Source: Phoronis australis
Lineage: Eukaryota; Animalia; Phoronida
Direction of reading: 5' to 3'
NCBI GenBank assembly: GCA_002633005.1
Contig: NMRA01000096.1
Location: 1-64,000, forward strand
Length of the DNA stretch: 64,000 nt
Within the stretch, counting starts at the first letter, position 1. Every line of letters begins with the position of its first letter. The notes beneath the pieces were generated by a model. That model had not been told where the DNA came from. It saw only the letters and a program-made list of their open reading frames with translations, and did no database searches. Position numbers and translations under genes: made by a program. This document shows, piece by piece, positions 1-13,490 of this stretch.

Positions 1-2
1 CC

Positions 3-438
3 CTATCTATAGTCTATGGTGTGACCGAGGGCACGACTGTCGTCATGTCCAGTATTGGGGCTATCGGCGTTGATTTCGAAATCTCCGCCTCCGGTTTCAA
101 ACAAGTTGAGAGTTCTTGGGTGGGTTAACTTCTGTATCTTTCGCCGTGGAGTGCTAGAGACGCTAGTTTTATGAGGAAACTCCGTCGGAATGCTGTTCTC
201 ATGCGTCTTTTTTCCGCCAGGAAAATGTTCGTTGCACACACGATGGCCCCGCGTTGGTTTGAATGGCTGCGCTAAATCTCCCCTTATTCCCAGCTCTCCC
301 AATGTTCTTTATCCATTTTTCACGAAGTTCTTGGTTTGCAGGGAGCACATAAAAGCTCAGATTTTTATATCTCTTGTTGTTTTTGAAGCAGCCAGGAACA
401 CAACAAGTGTATCCGCCGTAAGTTTTCTTCGCGCTCAT
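3..438 (-). pseudogene. Frameshifted THAP (C2CH zinc finger) domain gene, probably a DNA-transposon relic
   Basis: MSAKKTYGGYTCCVPGCFKNNKRYKNLSFYVLPANQELREKWIKNI (ORF 199-573) continues in another frame as FKPTRGHRVCNEHFPGGKKTHENSIPTEFP (ORF 3-302). The joined sequence gives the THAP signature C-x4-C...F-x2-P...W...C-x2-HF...PT-x-F; frameshift near 260-275. Confidence 0.8.
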
Positions 439-539
439 ACCGCGTATTGTGCTTGTTACTATTGCCGCTTTCGGCATCCTGACCACAACACCCACAGTGC
501 ACCATTTTAACCTAATTTCAATATGGCGTTGCTGCAAAT

Positions 540-3500
540 CCGCAGCAAATCCGGAAGCAAGGTGGAATGGCATTTTACACGGCTTTGGTTAATGAAGCCA
601 TAACTCCGCTGTCTCTGGAAGAAGTTTTCTGAAGGTTTTTTTGTAGATAGATCATGTCACAAGCTAGGGTGGATGCGTGCTTTATCTTCGGCTGCGCTTA
701 ACGGATTTTTTTTTCAAAATTTGGTATGTGGATATATCTTTTCAAGCGTTATCTGCATCCTGAAACTCGTTTCTCGCCTTCTACGGTACACGACATATTC
801 TAAATTTACTTCTTAGGTGACTGTTCTTTTATTGACTAATTTTTAGCCATTCGTGCTAGAGATCGCATTTTTCGTCTGATTGACATGAAATTTACGCACA
901 GTGTTTGTCAGCTTGAGGACTTTAACTTATGGGCAAAATCAGGAATAGAACCAGTTGTTTTAGCTGTACAAAAAGATGTGAAAACTTACGGGGAAGTCCC
1001 CCATCATTCAATTTTGTTGCATGGGGCGTATCCTTGTCCCAGCGCTGGCAGTAGAAGCCGCTCTTCGTGCGTCGTTTTCCCCATCGGTATAACATCCCAT
1101 AGGGGTCATGAACTTGTCTGCAGTGCTTGTGAGCGCCGTCTGGAAGAAATTAAAAGAACATGCCGTTAACAAAATAGCTAATGAAAATATTCCGGATATG
1201 CTCGTCTTCACTGGTTACTTTTACGTTCTATGTCCTGCTTCGCTAACAACAACTTTATTGTCATCATTCTTCGTTAATATTTGGCGAAATGAATGTTCTC
1301 CAAGTATGTTAAAAGAAAAGGGTGCAGGTGGCCTGATGCCTTTTGCGGTACATCAGGCGTGCTTAGGCCTCAAGGCCGGGCCCATTACACTATTCACCTG
1401 ATTATGACTCATGGGGACACGATATCATCGGAATCTTCTAATCTGCATGTTTGTTTCAGAAAAACAGAAAGACTATTAAACCTGTATGAACTAAAAATGT
1501 GAACCAGGCGGGTTATGTGTCCATCAAGTAGTAGATTACTGTTACCATTGTGGGCAGGGCAAACCTCTACCAGATGTTGAGTGTCTCGGCCTCCAGGCCA
1601 TAGTTCGGACACAATGAACATGCCATGTGGCCTGTGATGTTACGGTGCCGAGCTAGCTTGCAGTGTCCAAGTATGTTGCTTTGTCGTGAAGTTTGTTTTA
1701 ACTTGGCGAAATTATTTTTCTCCAGACATGTCCTTTTTCAGAAATCGTTGTTTTTTTACCGCATGCTACAGGTTGCATTTCTTATCCGATCAATGTGAAG
1801 CTTTTTAATAACATGCGTCTCTTAAGGGAGGTAGATACACTGTTTGTTTTTCAATGTTCCACTTTAAAATGTGTTAACTTTAATATGTGTCGTCTTAAAT
1901 ATAACCCACAACTTGCGGAAAAGCAAAAAGATTGTTTTTGAGTGACATATTTAAATTTTCAAAAAAAGTCAATTTTTACTGGTGGCTTTTCCAAAAAATG
2001 CTGTCTCAGATTTCAAAATCTTCTAATAGTCTTATTTAAGTCACCAATACACAATTATGACAATAAAGACGTCATCACATACTGTTGTTGTACTTCGTTT
2101 TTGAGATTTGGCAAATACACAACATTCAGTTAAAATTCCAACTTCATATTAGAATAAGTTATAATCAATTTAAAGAAAATCCCTGGCATGGATTTTAAGT
2201 TTATTTGTGTTAGATTTCATTTTTTTTCGTAAAAATTGAGCGAGAGATAGCTGAGAAATAAACTTGAGCGTATTGCCACTATTGTGCAATAATGAACTGG
2301 GATGAACTTGTTTATAAAGTTTGCAATTATCATATATTACTTTTGGTCAACTTTCACTGAAAATCTTTGCATATAATGCTCCAGTTTGACTGGTAAAAAG
2401 ACACCAGAGAGTACTATCGCAAAATAACCAACTTTTTAGTAGATATATTCCAACAACTGAGCTTTTTTCTTAGAATATGAGTGTTTCTCATACCTATATG
2501 CAATAGGTTTGCTTGGTCTGTTGTGCATTTTGAGAATGGTGCTTTGTGTAGTGGTGTGATAATTGGCCAATTTGTGGTCCAAGCTCCTGGATTCTTAGAG
2601 GCTATAGGGAACGGAATTTTCATGATGTGCTTAAAATGACCACTAGACGCTTTTCAAGTCAATTTCATTTTGTCACAAACATGTGAATTACCAATCAAAG
2701 CTTTAAACATATAAAAATTCAAGAACTGTCAAAATTCCAGAGTTCAGAGTATACACCCTCCTTAAATACCTCGAAACTTGTTGCTTTTAGTTAAAATCAG
2801 GCACAAGATGGCGTTCTGGCAGTCACTTTCATTTTGTTGTTCCCAGAGTCATAGCTCTGGTGTCTCTGGAGGGATTTTTTTTTGAAATTTAGCACGCGAA
2901 TAGATCTCTTCAAGGGCTATATGACATGCTCATTTGTATATTTCCACGACTTATCATTCTTGCTTTATTTGAGATTTTCCGGTGGATGCTCTTTGATTGA
3001 GTTTTTGGGCCGCACTTTCGACGTCCCTTGGCGGATCGTTCTGAATTTTGCATGTTGATAAATCTCGTCAAGCGCTATCTGCAACATCCTACCTGTTTTT
3101 CACTCTCGATGGTTCCCTGGTAAGTAGCGGACACGCAGGGAGCCAACGAATTTTTCACTCTCACCTTTCTCCAGATATCCGAGATTTTCTGGTGGATAGC
3201 TGTACTTCTATTGACATGTCGTTGCTGCATTTTTGTTGGTCTATCATACTTGTTCTACGAGTCGCAGTTCTTGTCTTATGGACATGAAATTCTCACTCAA
3301 TATGCACCTTTTCAATAGCTCAAGGACATCTTTTAGCAATCGGACGTAGGTGCTGCAGTGGCGGTCATTTTTATATTATTTTTTTTGTTTGCGAAGCCAT
3401 AACCTCAGGAGGTGTTCTTTAACTTTGATATGTCGGTAGATCTTTTAAGAACTATCCGAAATGTCTATTAGTTTTTCTCTACGAATTACCGTTATCGAGT

Positions 3501-3830
3501 TCTTAGAGATTTTCCGATGGCTGCTCTTTAAGCAATTGATTTCTTGTGTCATATCTCCGTTGACGGATGTTTCTAAGATTTGATATACGGATAGATCGTG
3601 TCAAGCGCTATCTTTTACTCTTCAGAGCTCTTCTAATTGTACTGGTAAGATAACTGTACTTTTGTTGTGGTCTATCACACTTGGGCTTCAGGTAGCATTT
3701 ACAAATATTGCGTACATTACGGAAAGCTCGAGGCCAATTATTTGAGGCAGCATGGTACACAATATGGAGCTTTGGTAGCCTTTTAGAACAATTCCTTGCG
3801 GAATTGTATTGTGGCGAAGGTCTATTAGGA
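540..3830. repeat. Degenerate interspersed repeat built from ~150-bp related monomers, interrupted by a younger MITE
   Basis: Recurrent motifs such as (G)ATAGATC..GTCAAGCGCTATC at ~645, 730, 2900, 3060, 3435 and 3590; related pieces at ~31850-32130; hairpin CAATTCC-ttgc-GGAATTG at ~3789-3806. Confidence 0.45.
1826..2761. mobile_element. Non-autonomous DNA transposon with TTAA target-site duplication (Kolobok-like)
   Basis: TTAA at 1822-1825 and 2762-2765; imperfect TIRs GGGAGGTAGATACACTG and (reverse complement) GGAGGGTGTATACTCTG; RR termini. Confidence 0.65.
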
Positions 3831-4406
3831 AATTTTCTGAAATTTTGTGTTAGATAGAAGTCTATTTGCAGTGTAGGGACGGCTCATGTTGAAATTCTTC
3901 GAGATTCTCTGATTTTTTTCTGTGTTCGCATTTTTTGTCCGGTAGCCACTATGTATTTTTAAATAGCTCGAGGCTTACTGCTATTTGTCATGACCAGATT
4001 CAATATCCCAGCCACTGTCGAAGTACCCCCAGTGGCCCGTCTCATGAAAACTAGCTTTAATAAGACTTAAGACCAAAAATATGTCCAAGTTATGACCAAA
4101 ACGAAGTTTTCTAAAGACCGTTTCGTGAACATAAAGTAGGATTTTGGTCTTCCGTTATAACATGGACAGGAATTAAGTCGCGTTTTAGCGTAGCAAAAAG
4201 GTGTGTGAAATACGGTTTTAAGAATAAACTTGGTCTTGAAACTCTACATAGGATTTACTTACATCTTGGATACAACTGAGATCTCGTTTGCTTGAGAAGA
4301 CCTTGATATCGACATTTTAGGGGCATTAGATTGTGAAAAATATCAATGAAATTTGTTCTTCAACAGTTCATTGATGATAATCCTACATTTTGGTCACTTA
4401 GAGCAG

Positions 4407-4649
4407 GGGCTCGTTCCAACAAAACTGACTTACCTAAGACAAATCTTAAATTTTAGTAAATTTTAAAGTAAAAGTTAAATTTGTCTCAAAACCAAATTAA
4501 GAGATTTTAAGTGTGACTTAAGTGTATGACCTAAGTGTTGTCTTAATTTTGACTAACTTTCTAAATGAGGAAGTTTCAAAGTTTAAAGTTAAGACAAATC
4601 TCAGATTTAAGTCAAAAATGAATTTAAGTCAGTTTATTGGAACAGGCCC
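4407..4649. mobile_element. MITE with ~26-bp TIRs and CAG TSD (PIF/Harbinger-like), nested in an older MITE (~4030-4805)
   Basis: GGGCTCGTTCCAACAAAACTGACTTA ... TAAGTCAGTTTATTGGAACAGGCCC flanked by CAG on both sides; second copy at 6810-7045. Confidence 0.7.
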
Positions 4650-4956
4650 CAGGAGTCTAATCTTAAGCCTACTTCGCAGAAGGCTAATTTTCGGTCTTAG
4701 CTTAGACCGATTTCGGTCTTAAGAAATTTCGTGAAACGCTAACACATTTTGTTATTAATTTAGCCTAAGTTAGGGATAATTTAAGAGATAACGTTTCGTG
4801 AAACTTTTGCTGTCTTGACTGATGCCAAAATCGGGAAATATTTTGTCGATTTTGCGCGACATTTGAAGGGGACTGCAACGGAAACTAGCGTCATGTCGAT
4901 GAAGAAATCATCCACTGACTAAATGCCAGAACACAAAGATTTTTCCGCAACACGGG

Positions 4957-5040
4957 AGAGAGAGGGGGAGGGGAGGCGGAGGGGAGGGAGTGGGAGAAGG
5001 CGAGGGCGAGGGAGAGGGTGAGGGCGAGGGAGAGGGGGCG
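4957..5040. repeat. GA-rich / (GAGGGC)n simple repeat
   Basis: Run of GAGGGC/GAGGGA/GAGGGT hexamers; explains the spurious GE and SP repeat ORFs. Confidence 0.85.
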
Positions 5041-5702
5041 CATTTTGGTATAGTTGCATCGAGCTTCAAAAAATCGCTGACGGGTTTTTCTAGTGTGCAA
5101 TGTGTCTGCCATAGATCACTCAATGCTCAGTGTGGCAAGACTATTTATTTTATATCAGATGTGGCCGATGCCTCAAACATCTAATTTATTTTAATTTTGA
5201 CCCCTCCGTAAGGTTTCTCGGGACCAGACCACAGTGTTGACACTGGCAGACATCCATATTTCTCCACTCTAAGTGCTCCTGATATGCGATGTTGGTACCT
5301 TTTCAGAAGCAAGAAATATCAACGATTTTAACAAAAAAAACGAAAACGAATAAACGCCATTGTATTCTGAAAGTTTGGTGCAAACCTCGGGACTAAATTT
5401 CGTTATATTCTTCTTCTGTCAAGCAACCTGACACGGATCTGTTTTATGTCGCTGTATAACAATTATAAATATCAAACTAAGCTAAGCAAATTTTAAATTG
5501 AACAAAATGAAACAAGAAGCGTTTATCGATAATGTGCCGTAAATGCAATTGACAGTTAAGGACAGTACCGAAGACTTACCAAGGCTGCGTCCCAAAGCCA
5601 TCCCGATGACAAGTACTATACCCACAACTAAAAACAAATATTGCACATTACATGCAATAGTTGCGAAAACGGTACACTACAAGGTCATGAGCAGTTCTTG
5701 TA

Positions 5703-6071
5703 CCTGGATTTTCCGTAGATAAGCCCTCTCGATGAAACGCCCATGGGTTTTACAACTTCTGGTGTCAAGTCTCCAGATAGTGGGGACGTCCATTCGGAAA
5801 TTTCGTCTTAAAAGCCCACTCAACGTCAACTTTTTGTCACATATTCAGTTTTGCGGAGCATTTATCATTTATAAAAACGAACAAGGTGCTTGCGACTTAT
5901 ATATTTATTTACATAATATTTAAAAACACAGTTTTAAGTAAAAATATCAAAGTCAGCAAAACTATGACTTTCCTTTTATACACTCCTTTCCCGGGCGTTT
6001 ATTTGGTGTTACTAAAACGACTGAAAGTTTTCCGAATACACGCCCGTGGGCTTATCTACGGAAAATCCCGG
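5703..6071. mobile_element. Tc1/mariner-pogo-type MITE with TA TSD
   Basis: TA-CC(T/G)GGATTTTCCGTAGATAAGCCC at the left end and its reverse complement at 6048-6073; related fragment at ~18701. Confidence 0.75.
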
Positions 6072-6299
6072 TATATGTGCATGTCGATTGCCAACGGCGG
6101 CAGATGACTGATACTTCAGAAAGAAACTGTAAGAAAGAACTGGCGCACATTCGGTTTTTTCGTCTGTGAGAAGACAGTCTTGAAAAAAAATGCGCTGTGT
6201 TCAATTATGTTTGAAGGAAATTCTGGCAATTGAATTTTGTTGCAAGTGCATATTAGAAGTAAACAAAGTAATACTATGCAGATTATAGATTTTTCACAA

Positions 6300-7680
6300 C
6301 TTGGAATGTTTGAATCATTTTGTTGACTGTATGAAGACTACCGTCAAAATACATCTAGGAACCACAGTGACGTCGAAATTTCACACGGCCCGGGTAGTTC
6401 TGCTCTTCACCTCGTCATGAAACTTATATCAACATGTCAACCGATGGGGCTGCATGCAAAATCTGAGAGTCAACCGACACTCACCTTGCCCGTTGCAGCC
6501 GTTTAAATGAAAAAACAATCTAATGAACGTCACCTTCTTGCATAATTCTCCGCCTTTTGAAACAAAAAGAAGACTGCAGTGATTTGGAAACAGCTCGCTG
6601 GCGTTTCTGATTGGCTGGTCGAATTCTCAACAGGCAGCGCTTTACGAAAACAAACTGGCATGACTGATGGAGGAAGAGTAAATGTGGTCTGTTGTACAGA
6701 CAAATCGGTGCTTAAAATTTATGTTCAGGAAATGTGAATCCCAGAAATTGTGGTTGCGCCTTTTCTGAGTGCATCTGTCTACTGTCGATGACTTTTGTTT
6801 ACGATACAGGGGCCCGTTCCAACAAAATTAACTTAGCTAAGACAAATCTTAACTTTTCGTAAATTTTAAAATAAAGTTAAATTTGTCTCAAACCCAATTC
6901 AAGAATGAGATCTTAAGTTTGACTTAAGTGTTTGACCTAAGTTTTGTCTTAATTTTGACTAACTTACAAAATGTGGAAGTGTTATTAAGACAAATCTTAG
7001 ACTTAAGTCAAAAATTAACTTAAGTCAGTTTCTTAGAACAGACGCCTGTCCTGTATTCATACAATATGAATAACACACCGGTTAAATCAGCCAGGTATGT
7101 GTTTATCGTACATGTATGTGCTTCAAGCACGCGGCTATCAAACATTCCTGCAGAAACGAAACAGTTGCTGCTACGCCACTTGCATGACAAGGCTAAAAAT
7201 CGTTCATAGCCCGCCATTTTCTCATGTAGTTGTAAAGCTAACCAATGACTGCCGAGGTTACATCAACCAATACTAAAATTTTTGCGACATCTCTCGGGAG
7301 ACGATGGCAGCTTCCGAGCAGTAAAATTTGCTCTAAAATTCGATTTGCTGGTATTAAAATATTAAAAAAACATAACGAAATGAAATCAGTTTCGATATTT
7401 GTTGCGACATGTACGGAACCTCGTAGAAGAACAACGGGTGAAGGATCGACAGAAACTGACCAATAGGTGATGCTATAGTCTATGGCGCCGAAAGCCGACG
7501 CATAAGATCGCTCCACAATTCTATTAGCAGCAGAATAACAGTAGAACGCTCATTTTCCAACACCGGTAAATAATTTAGTTTACTCAAGGAACTGCGTAGT
7601 TTTTAAGGACACTAATTTTTATCAGTTTTTATTTGGTCAGTTTTTTTACCTACACCGGCAAAAAGCTGAATATTTAGCAT
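6300..7680 (+). mobile_element. Fragmented copy of the non-autonomous repeat also present at ~48200-50050
   Basis: Shared blocks such as TATGAAGACTA.CGTCAAAATACA.CTAGG, GCATGCAAAATCTG.GAGTCA.CC.ACACTCACCTTG and TGGCGCCGAAAGCC.ACGCA.AAGATCGCTCCACAA; reverse-oriented relatives near 10430-10850 and 39500. Confidence 0.65.
6810..7045. mobile_element. Second copy of the Harbinger-like MITE at 4407-4649
   Basis: Similar TIR (GGGCCCGTTCCAACAAAATTAACTTA) and body (AAGACAAATCTTAA...). Confidence 0.7.
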
Positions 7681-10600
7681 GCACAACTTAGCGCCAAGGC
7701 TACGTAAAGCTTAGTGTCATACATATCATACCCGAATTGTAGAACAAACATTAACCTGAAAAAGTCGAAACTGCGACCGCATATACACATTTTTTTCTGC
7801 AGAAGTAATGCGACGAATGCAACAGCATAGAAATCAAACCCTTCGCATACGCGCGCACAAAGGGAGGTTCGAACGAGCCCCCAGTTGGCGAAGTGGGCAA
7901 AAGGGTAACCCTCAGAGAAACAAAAACAACGAAAAGAGTAGAAAACGAGACGACAGCCCACTAAAAAGGCAGGGGCTCTGAACGTACCCCGTAAAGCTTA
8001 GCAAAAGGTCCACATTCGAAATTACTTTTATAAATACGGTGTGCTGATGCTCAAGATATTGGATATCCTGTATGAATTCTAAAGTAAAATAGGTCAAGAG
8101 GTAATGCCACAATATCAAGATTAGTGAAGAAGAAACTCTAGCTTGGAAAAAAATAGTGTGCAAAGGGTGTTTTTGTATTTTGTATAAACACTTTGTTATA
8201 TTGTTATGTGTGTTCCTGTTTGTCTTTGTAAGAATCAATTTTACTGTATATTTGTAGCCAATTGTTCACTTAATGATTGTAATGTAGGTACGAGAATACC
8301 AGACCCCTGTTACTCATTGGAACTGGGAAAATAAAAAAATGAAAATTGTCTATATTGTGTGTATTGTGCTGTCCTTCACTACCCGATTTGGTGTCGTTTC
8401 CGAAACGAAATCTGTTGGAAACAAGTGTAAATTTCACTCTGACAAACTATTATGTATTAAAAGAAATGGATGTTCAATAGTAAAAAATAACAAACAGTAC
8501 AAATGCTTTCTACCACAAGCGCAACTGTGTATTGTTCAGGTACAATTAGCAAAGAACGATACACAGGAGGTAATATCTTTCCTCGATCACCACTGCATAG
8601 CCGGTTGAGAAGTCTTGCCAGTGCTGCAAGATGAAGGTGGTTTTGTTTATCTGTTTTACTAGGTCTGCACAAATCACATGAAGGAATGGGGTGTTGGATT
8701 TTTCTAAGTAACTAGCCATTATCTTTCAATCCGAGTACATGCAAAATATCTGATAACCACTAAAACGCAGCTGACAGAACACCTATGAATACCTAAAGAA
8801 AATTAAGCATTTCATTCTTTCCTCTCTTGTTCTCTTTGATTTCGAATTTTGTGATATTTTGCTTCAGTTGGAGTTTTTTTTTCATGATATACAATTTTGT
8901 TCTTCTTACGTAGGCAAATTTACAACACTTAAAACTGCATTCCCTTCACTGTGTATAAAGTACAAATTAAATTTACAAAACTTGTACTGTAAAATTTTCC
9001 TTACGAACACTGAATATCTGTTGACGTGCAACATTTCAAAAACGCTAAATAAAATAACAGTGCCAACTGGTCCTTCCAGTTGAAGGTTACCTCTCCTCAA
9101 CTCAATATTGGAACTGATTCTATTGCTGCAAGTGAATATTCACGCCTAGTGTGATAGTGAAAATTACCTCAGTTACTTGTTTAAAAAGTCACAGAAGAGT
9201 CCTTGGAGAAGAGTTCATTTTCACAAAATCACGTTGCAGTTCCACATTACTTTACAGCTATTCCATGTATTTATTTTGTGATAATTACAATCTATCCTTT
9301 TTATTAAGAGCTTGTTCAGACACTGAAAGAGAGAAATGGACATTAGGTCTGGAAGTGCATGCCTTCCTTTATAATCATAAGTATGTTTAGAAGTTGTGTT
9401 AGAATGCACTTTTGGCCTATTGCATGGTGATAGCAAGTTTTTGACACTCAATGTTTGCAAATGGTATGCTAATGTCAGGTAGCCTTGGCCTTCCCCCTGG
9501 AACAAAGCTGTATAAATTAGACAAATATTCATTGTTAAACATTTTTACAGCTTCATTTTTACAGCTTCATTTTTTCCAGCTTCATTTTTTAGGTTAATAC
9601 TTGTGCTTATGTTTATGAGCTGATTCATACGGTACTGAACTTATGCAAACACTAATTCTACTTTTAGTAAAAAATCAGCTGATGCGGCTGCAAACACAGG
9701 AAATCACCTGAATATGTTTTTGGCACTATTAACTAATAGCATAACTGAATTACCCTGTGAACGTTTTTAAATGGTATGACAGAGAACGATATACACGTTT
9801 TCTTTTTACAAGTCTTAAAAAATAAAAAATGTAACAGTTCAACTATTCATATCTTCAAACGCGGGACGGCCGGCTGCAACATTTGTAAAACCGGAAGTTT
9901 TGTTCTTTCTTTACGCAGTGCAACCTCATCACCAGTGCTTATATCCTATGTCCGCATCATGCTCAACGCGCTCTGATGAGAGTCGGCAGTCCCTGTCATA
10001 GATATCTTAATACTCTGATGTCTATATAGTCCTTATCTATAGTCTGTGACATCAACTGAGAGTACAAGGTGGCAGACAATTTGATTCGTCGGTATTAGAG
10101 AAAGGTGAGAAGAAGTGAACTATAACCGGTAAGACCGTTTAAGATTCCCTAAATATGCCAAGACAATTCAGTTTAGTTACTAGGCCTACTAGCATAATCA
10201 ACAATTGAGTAGCGAACATTAGAACATCTCTTTTAAAAATAAGCCAAAGATTGGTTTCACGACTAAATCAACAAGTATTTTTCTCACATTGTTTTGATTT
10301 AAGTCCATTTCACAAATTTGTGAAAAACGTTTCGACGGCTCTTCAGCTCTGTTTCTCAGCTGAATACTGGGCTAAGCTGTATTTTAAAATGGTGTTCCAG
10401 CTACTTGACTGGCCAATATTTCAGTGTTTTGCAATTCGAGTGTGATATGTATGACACCAAATTCTGCACTTTCAATGTACGGATTTCTAACTAACAATAT
10501 GCATACAATTAATTTATCAGCAGTTTATGAATTAAGCGAATACTCAGTTTGACAGCTTTTTCACCATTACCCTCTAAACCACGAGATGCAAAAAATGGAG

Positions 10601-10904
10601 CAAGTGGCACGTGCGAATGACACTATGCTGTTTTGAAGTTGGCATCAGATTCCTCGAAAAGTAGGCGAGTAATGCAAGAAAATGATGTTTATTTTTTTGT
10701 TTTCACTTGAACGACTGACCTGCGAAAATTGAGAGTCGGTTGACTCCCAGGGCCGAGAGCTCTACATATTGATTAAGTTCCGTGGCCTATATAAATTTTG
10801 CTCATATCTTTCCCTTGGTGTATTCTGACGCTAGTCAGATGCATAAAGTTGGTTGTCTGGCTAGAAACACTGACTAAAGCTATTAGGCATAAGTCATACA
10901 TTTT

Positions 10905-12195
10905 CAGGAGATGTTACAAGTTCAATGCACAATTACCGTTGTTTTCAACTTTCTTATCTCTTTTCAAGTAACAAATCGTTACATATTAATAGAGGAAGCT
11001 TGTAACCTAACACGCAGGTACATACATATAGGTTGTAATCCGCCACGTGAAAAGTGTAGGTGAAGTATTTAAAACAATCTGCAAAAAGGTGGAAGAAACT
11101 TAGAAATTCAAATTCTATGAGATAATTTATCAAGGTCGATACGCGGAATAATGTCTCACGGCACATAACTTCATCTAAGCCAATGTCATCTAGAGGATTT
11201 TTTACCTGACGTTACCCAGATCATTCTCGTGGAAGCAAAGAATAAACGCTTTACAAGATGTGACATCTCGTCCACTTTCGCGGATGATGAGTCATAAACA
11301 GAGAATCCTACACTCGTCTCAGGTTTATGACATGCGCAAAACCTCTTGGAAATTTCGTAGGATTTGTTATCTCAAATGAACCGTAAAACATCCTTTTCTC
11401 CAAAAAACTCCACGTGTCAAAAACTTTCAACCACATGACGCAACTTTGTAAAAACACGCTTGGAAAGTAAACTCTTTGTTAAAAGTTTCATTTAAATTTA
11501 ACAATATTTAATTTGCATTCAGCTTTCGCAACAAATGTTCAAGTTAGAATCTAATGAATAGTCTTTGAACTTGTAATAAATGTTTATAAATAACAGTCAG
11601 CAGTCAACACTCACTGCTTCCCCACGCGTGAGCACCGAATTGACTAGACGGTCTCACCGCGTTTCTTGAGTTGGGGTCCGTCTCCGTTTGAATGAAGGTG
11701 GATATAGAATTCGCTGCCGAAGATGGGTCCGTTTAAGACGTTGTTTGCATAACCTTCCATCTTGGAGTACGTATTGTTGCGACACCCGATTTGTAAATCA
11801 AAACCTTGTCAGCTTCATGGAATTCCGGCATTGGCGCGAGTTTAGTTGTTGGTAGTTAGCGTTTTGCAGACGATAAATACACAAAACGTACATCGAGTAG
11901 CGTACTTGAAATAATATCTCTCTCGACATTATTCCGCATATCGACCTCGACCTCGACCTTTGTATTTATCCCATACGCATAGAGTTCGTTTTGTTTTCTT
12001 TCGGCAATTTATAAACACTTCACCCTGACTGTTTACTTGGCGAATCACAACCTGTTGTGTATGTACGTGCGCGTTATGTTGCTAACTTACTACAGTAAAA
12101 GAAAACAGTATTAAATCTCTAACGATTTATTACTTGAAATTGATAAAAGTGTGAAAACGACAGTTATTGTGCATTGAACTTGTATCATATTTCGA
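10905..12195. mobile_element. Foldback-type element with ~250-bp imperfect terminal inverted repeats
   Basis: 10919-10980 is the imperfect reverse complement of 12121-12180; the match continues inward (11000-11090 vs 12000-12080; 11130-11155 vs 11925-11950). Confidence 0.7.
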
Positions 12196-12819
12196 AAATA
12201 AATAAATAACAAGAATATTTATACGGCTAAATCACAATCAAGGTCTATATTTGAGAGTTAACTGTGTTACGGTCTAAAATAATTTGTTTGGTCACTTACC
12301 AAATGCCAACTGAATCTCATATGCAAAGAGTTATTTATTTGTGCAAATTAAAAAAGTGAATCATCAAAATCGGACAATGCTTGAGAAATTTATGCATGTT
12401 TTTGTCTATGAATTTCATGCATTTTTAGCGTTACGAGTGGCCATTTTAAAAAATACAATTTCAAACTGTCAACAGTTGAAAAGAAATTCATTTTATTAAG
12501 AAAGCAATTGCTTTGATATGACTGGAAATAACTTGAGTCAGTTTCAGAATCACTTAGACGAAGTTGATCTTAATCATTGAGAAATGGCAGGGTTCATCAT
12601 AAAACAGGCACTCGTTACGAAATTTGTGAATTCTGCGTTTCTAACCCTCACCTACTGTAAAGAAGGTTAAAAACTAAAGTTCACACTCCGTAACAAAAAG
12701 AACTGCAGAATACGTTAGCCTAGGCAACACAGCAAAATGTTTAATATCTAAACAATCAAAAGTTTGTATATTGACTGGGTTCTGCTATGGTGAAAATGGG
12801 CCAAAAAGGCTAACAAAAT

Positions 12820-13490
12820 GTAATGTACGTACCCTCATGTGGAATTCAATAACTCAAATGGTCATTGCAAATGTAATTAGTGCCTTTTAAATAACAACAT
12901 GGTGATTATTATCACCAAAGAAAAATAAATGACTATACAACATTATGTTACCATGTGATGCAGAAACAGTGATGTACTGTACGTACCCCCTTTTGTAGTG
13001 CACGTACCCCCATGTTTACAAATGCCATGACATTAAAATATCACTTGGTAAATGAGCAAGTTTGGTCATAGACAGTTTCCTTCCTTAAAAATGTTTGGTT
13101 AAAAGGGTGTTTATCGCAAATACATTTGTTTTGAGTGAAATATTACCATTTGTGTAGTGTACACACCCCGATATTTTAATTTGAGCCTATCTTCAAAGTA
13201 TGACAATGCTGTGGTTTTTATTTTTTCTCTTTGAATTGATTTAGTAAATCAACTAACTCTCAGTAGGTTCTTTGCAAACCTGACCTGTCATTGAAATGTA
13301 GTGTACGTACCGATGTGAACAAATACCATGAAACAAAAATATTACACAGTAAGTAAGACAGCTTCCTCCATTAAAATGCTAGGTTAAAAGGGTGTTAATT
13401 ACAAATGCATTTGTTTTGAGTGAAATATTAGCATTGTGTAGTGTACATACCCCTATATTTTAACATGTGCCTGTTTTCAAAGAATGACAG
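12820..13490. repeat. Repeat with six GTAGTGTACGTACCCC-like motifs and a ~170-bp internal duplication
   Basis: Motif at ~12821, 12974, 12995, 13155, 13298 and 13438; 13020-13205 resembles 13320-13490. Confidence 0.55.

Noticed and set aside
4891-5184. ORFs with GE, SP or LA dipeptide repeats
   Set aside because: Translations of a GA-rich hexamer microsatellite; no splice or coding context.
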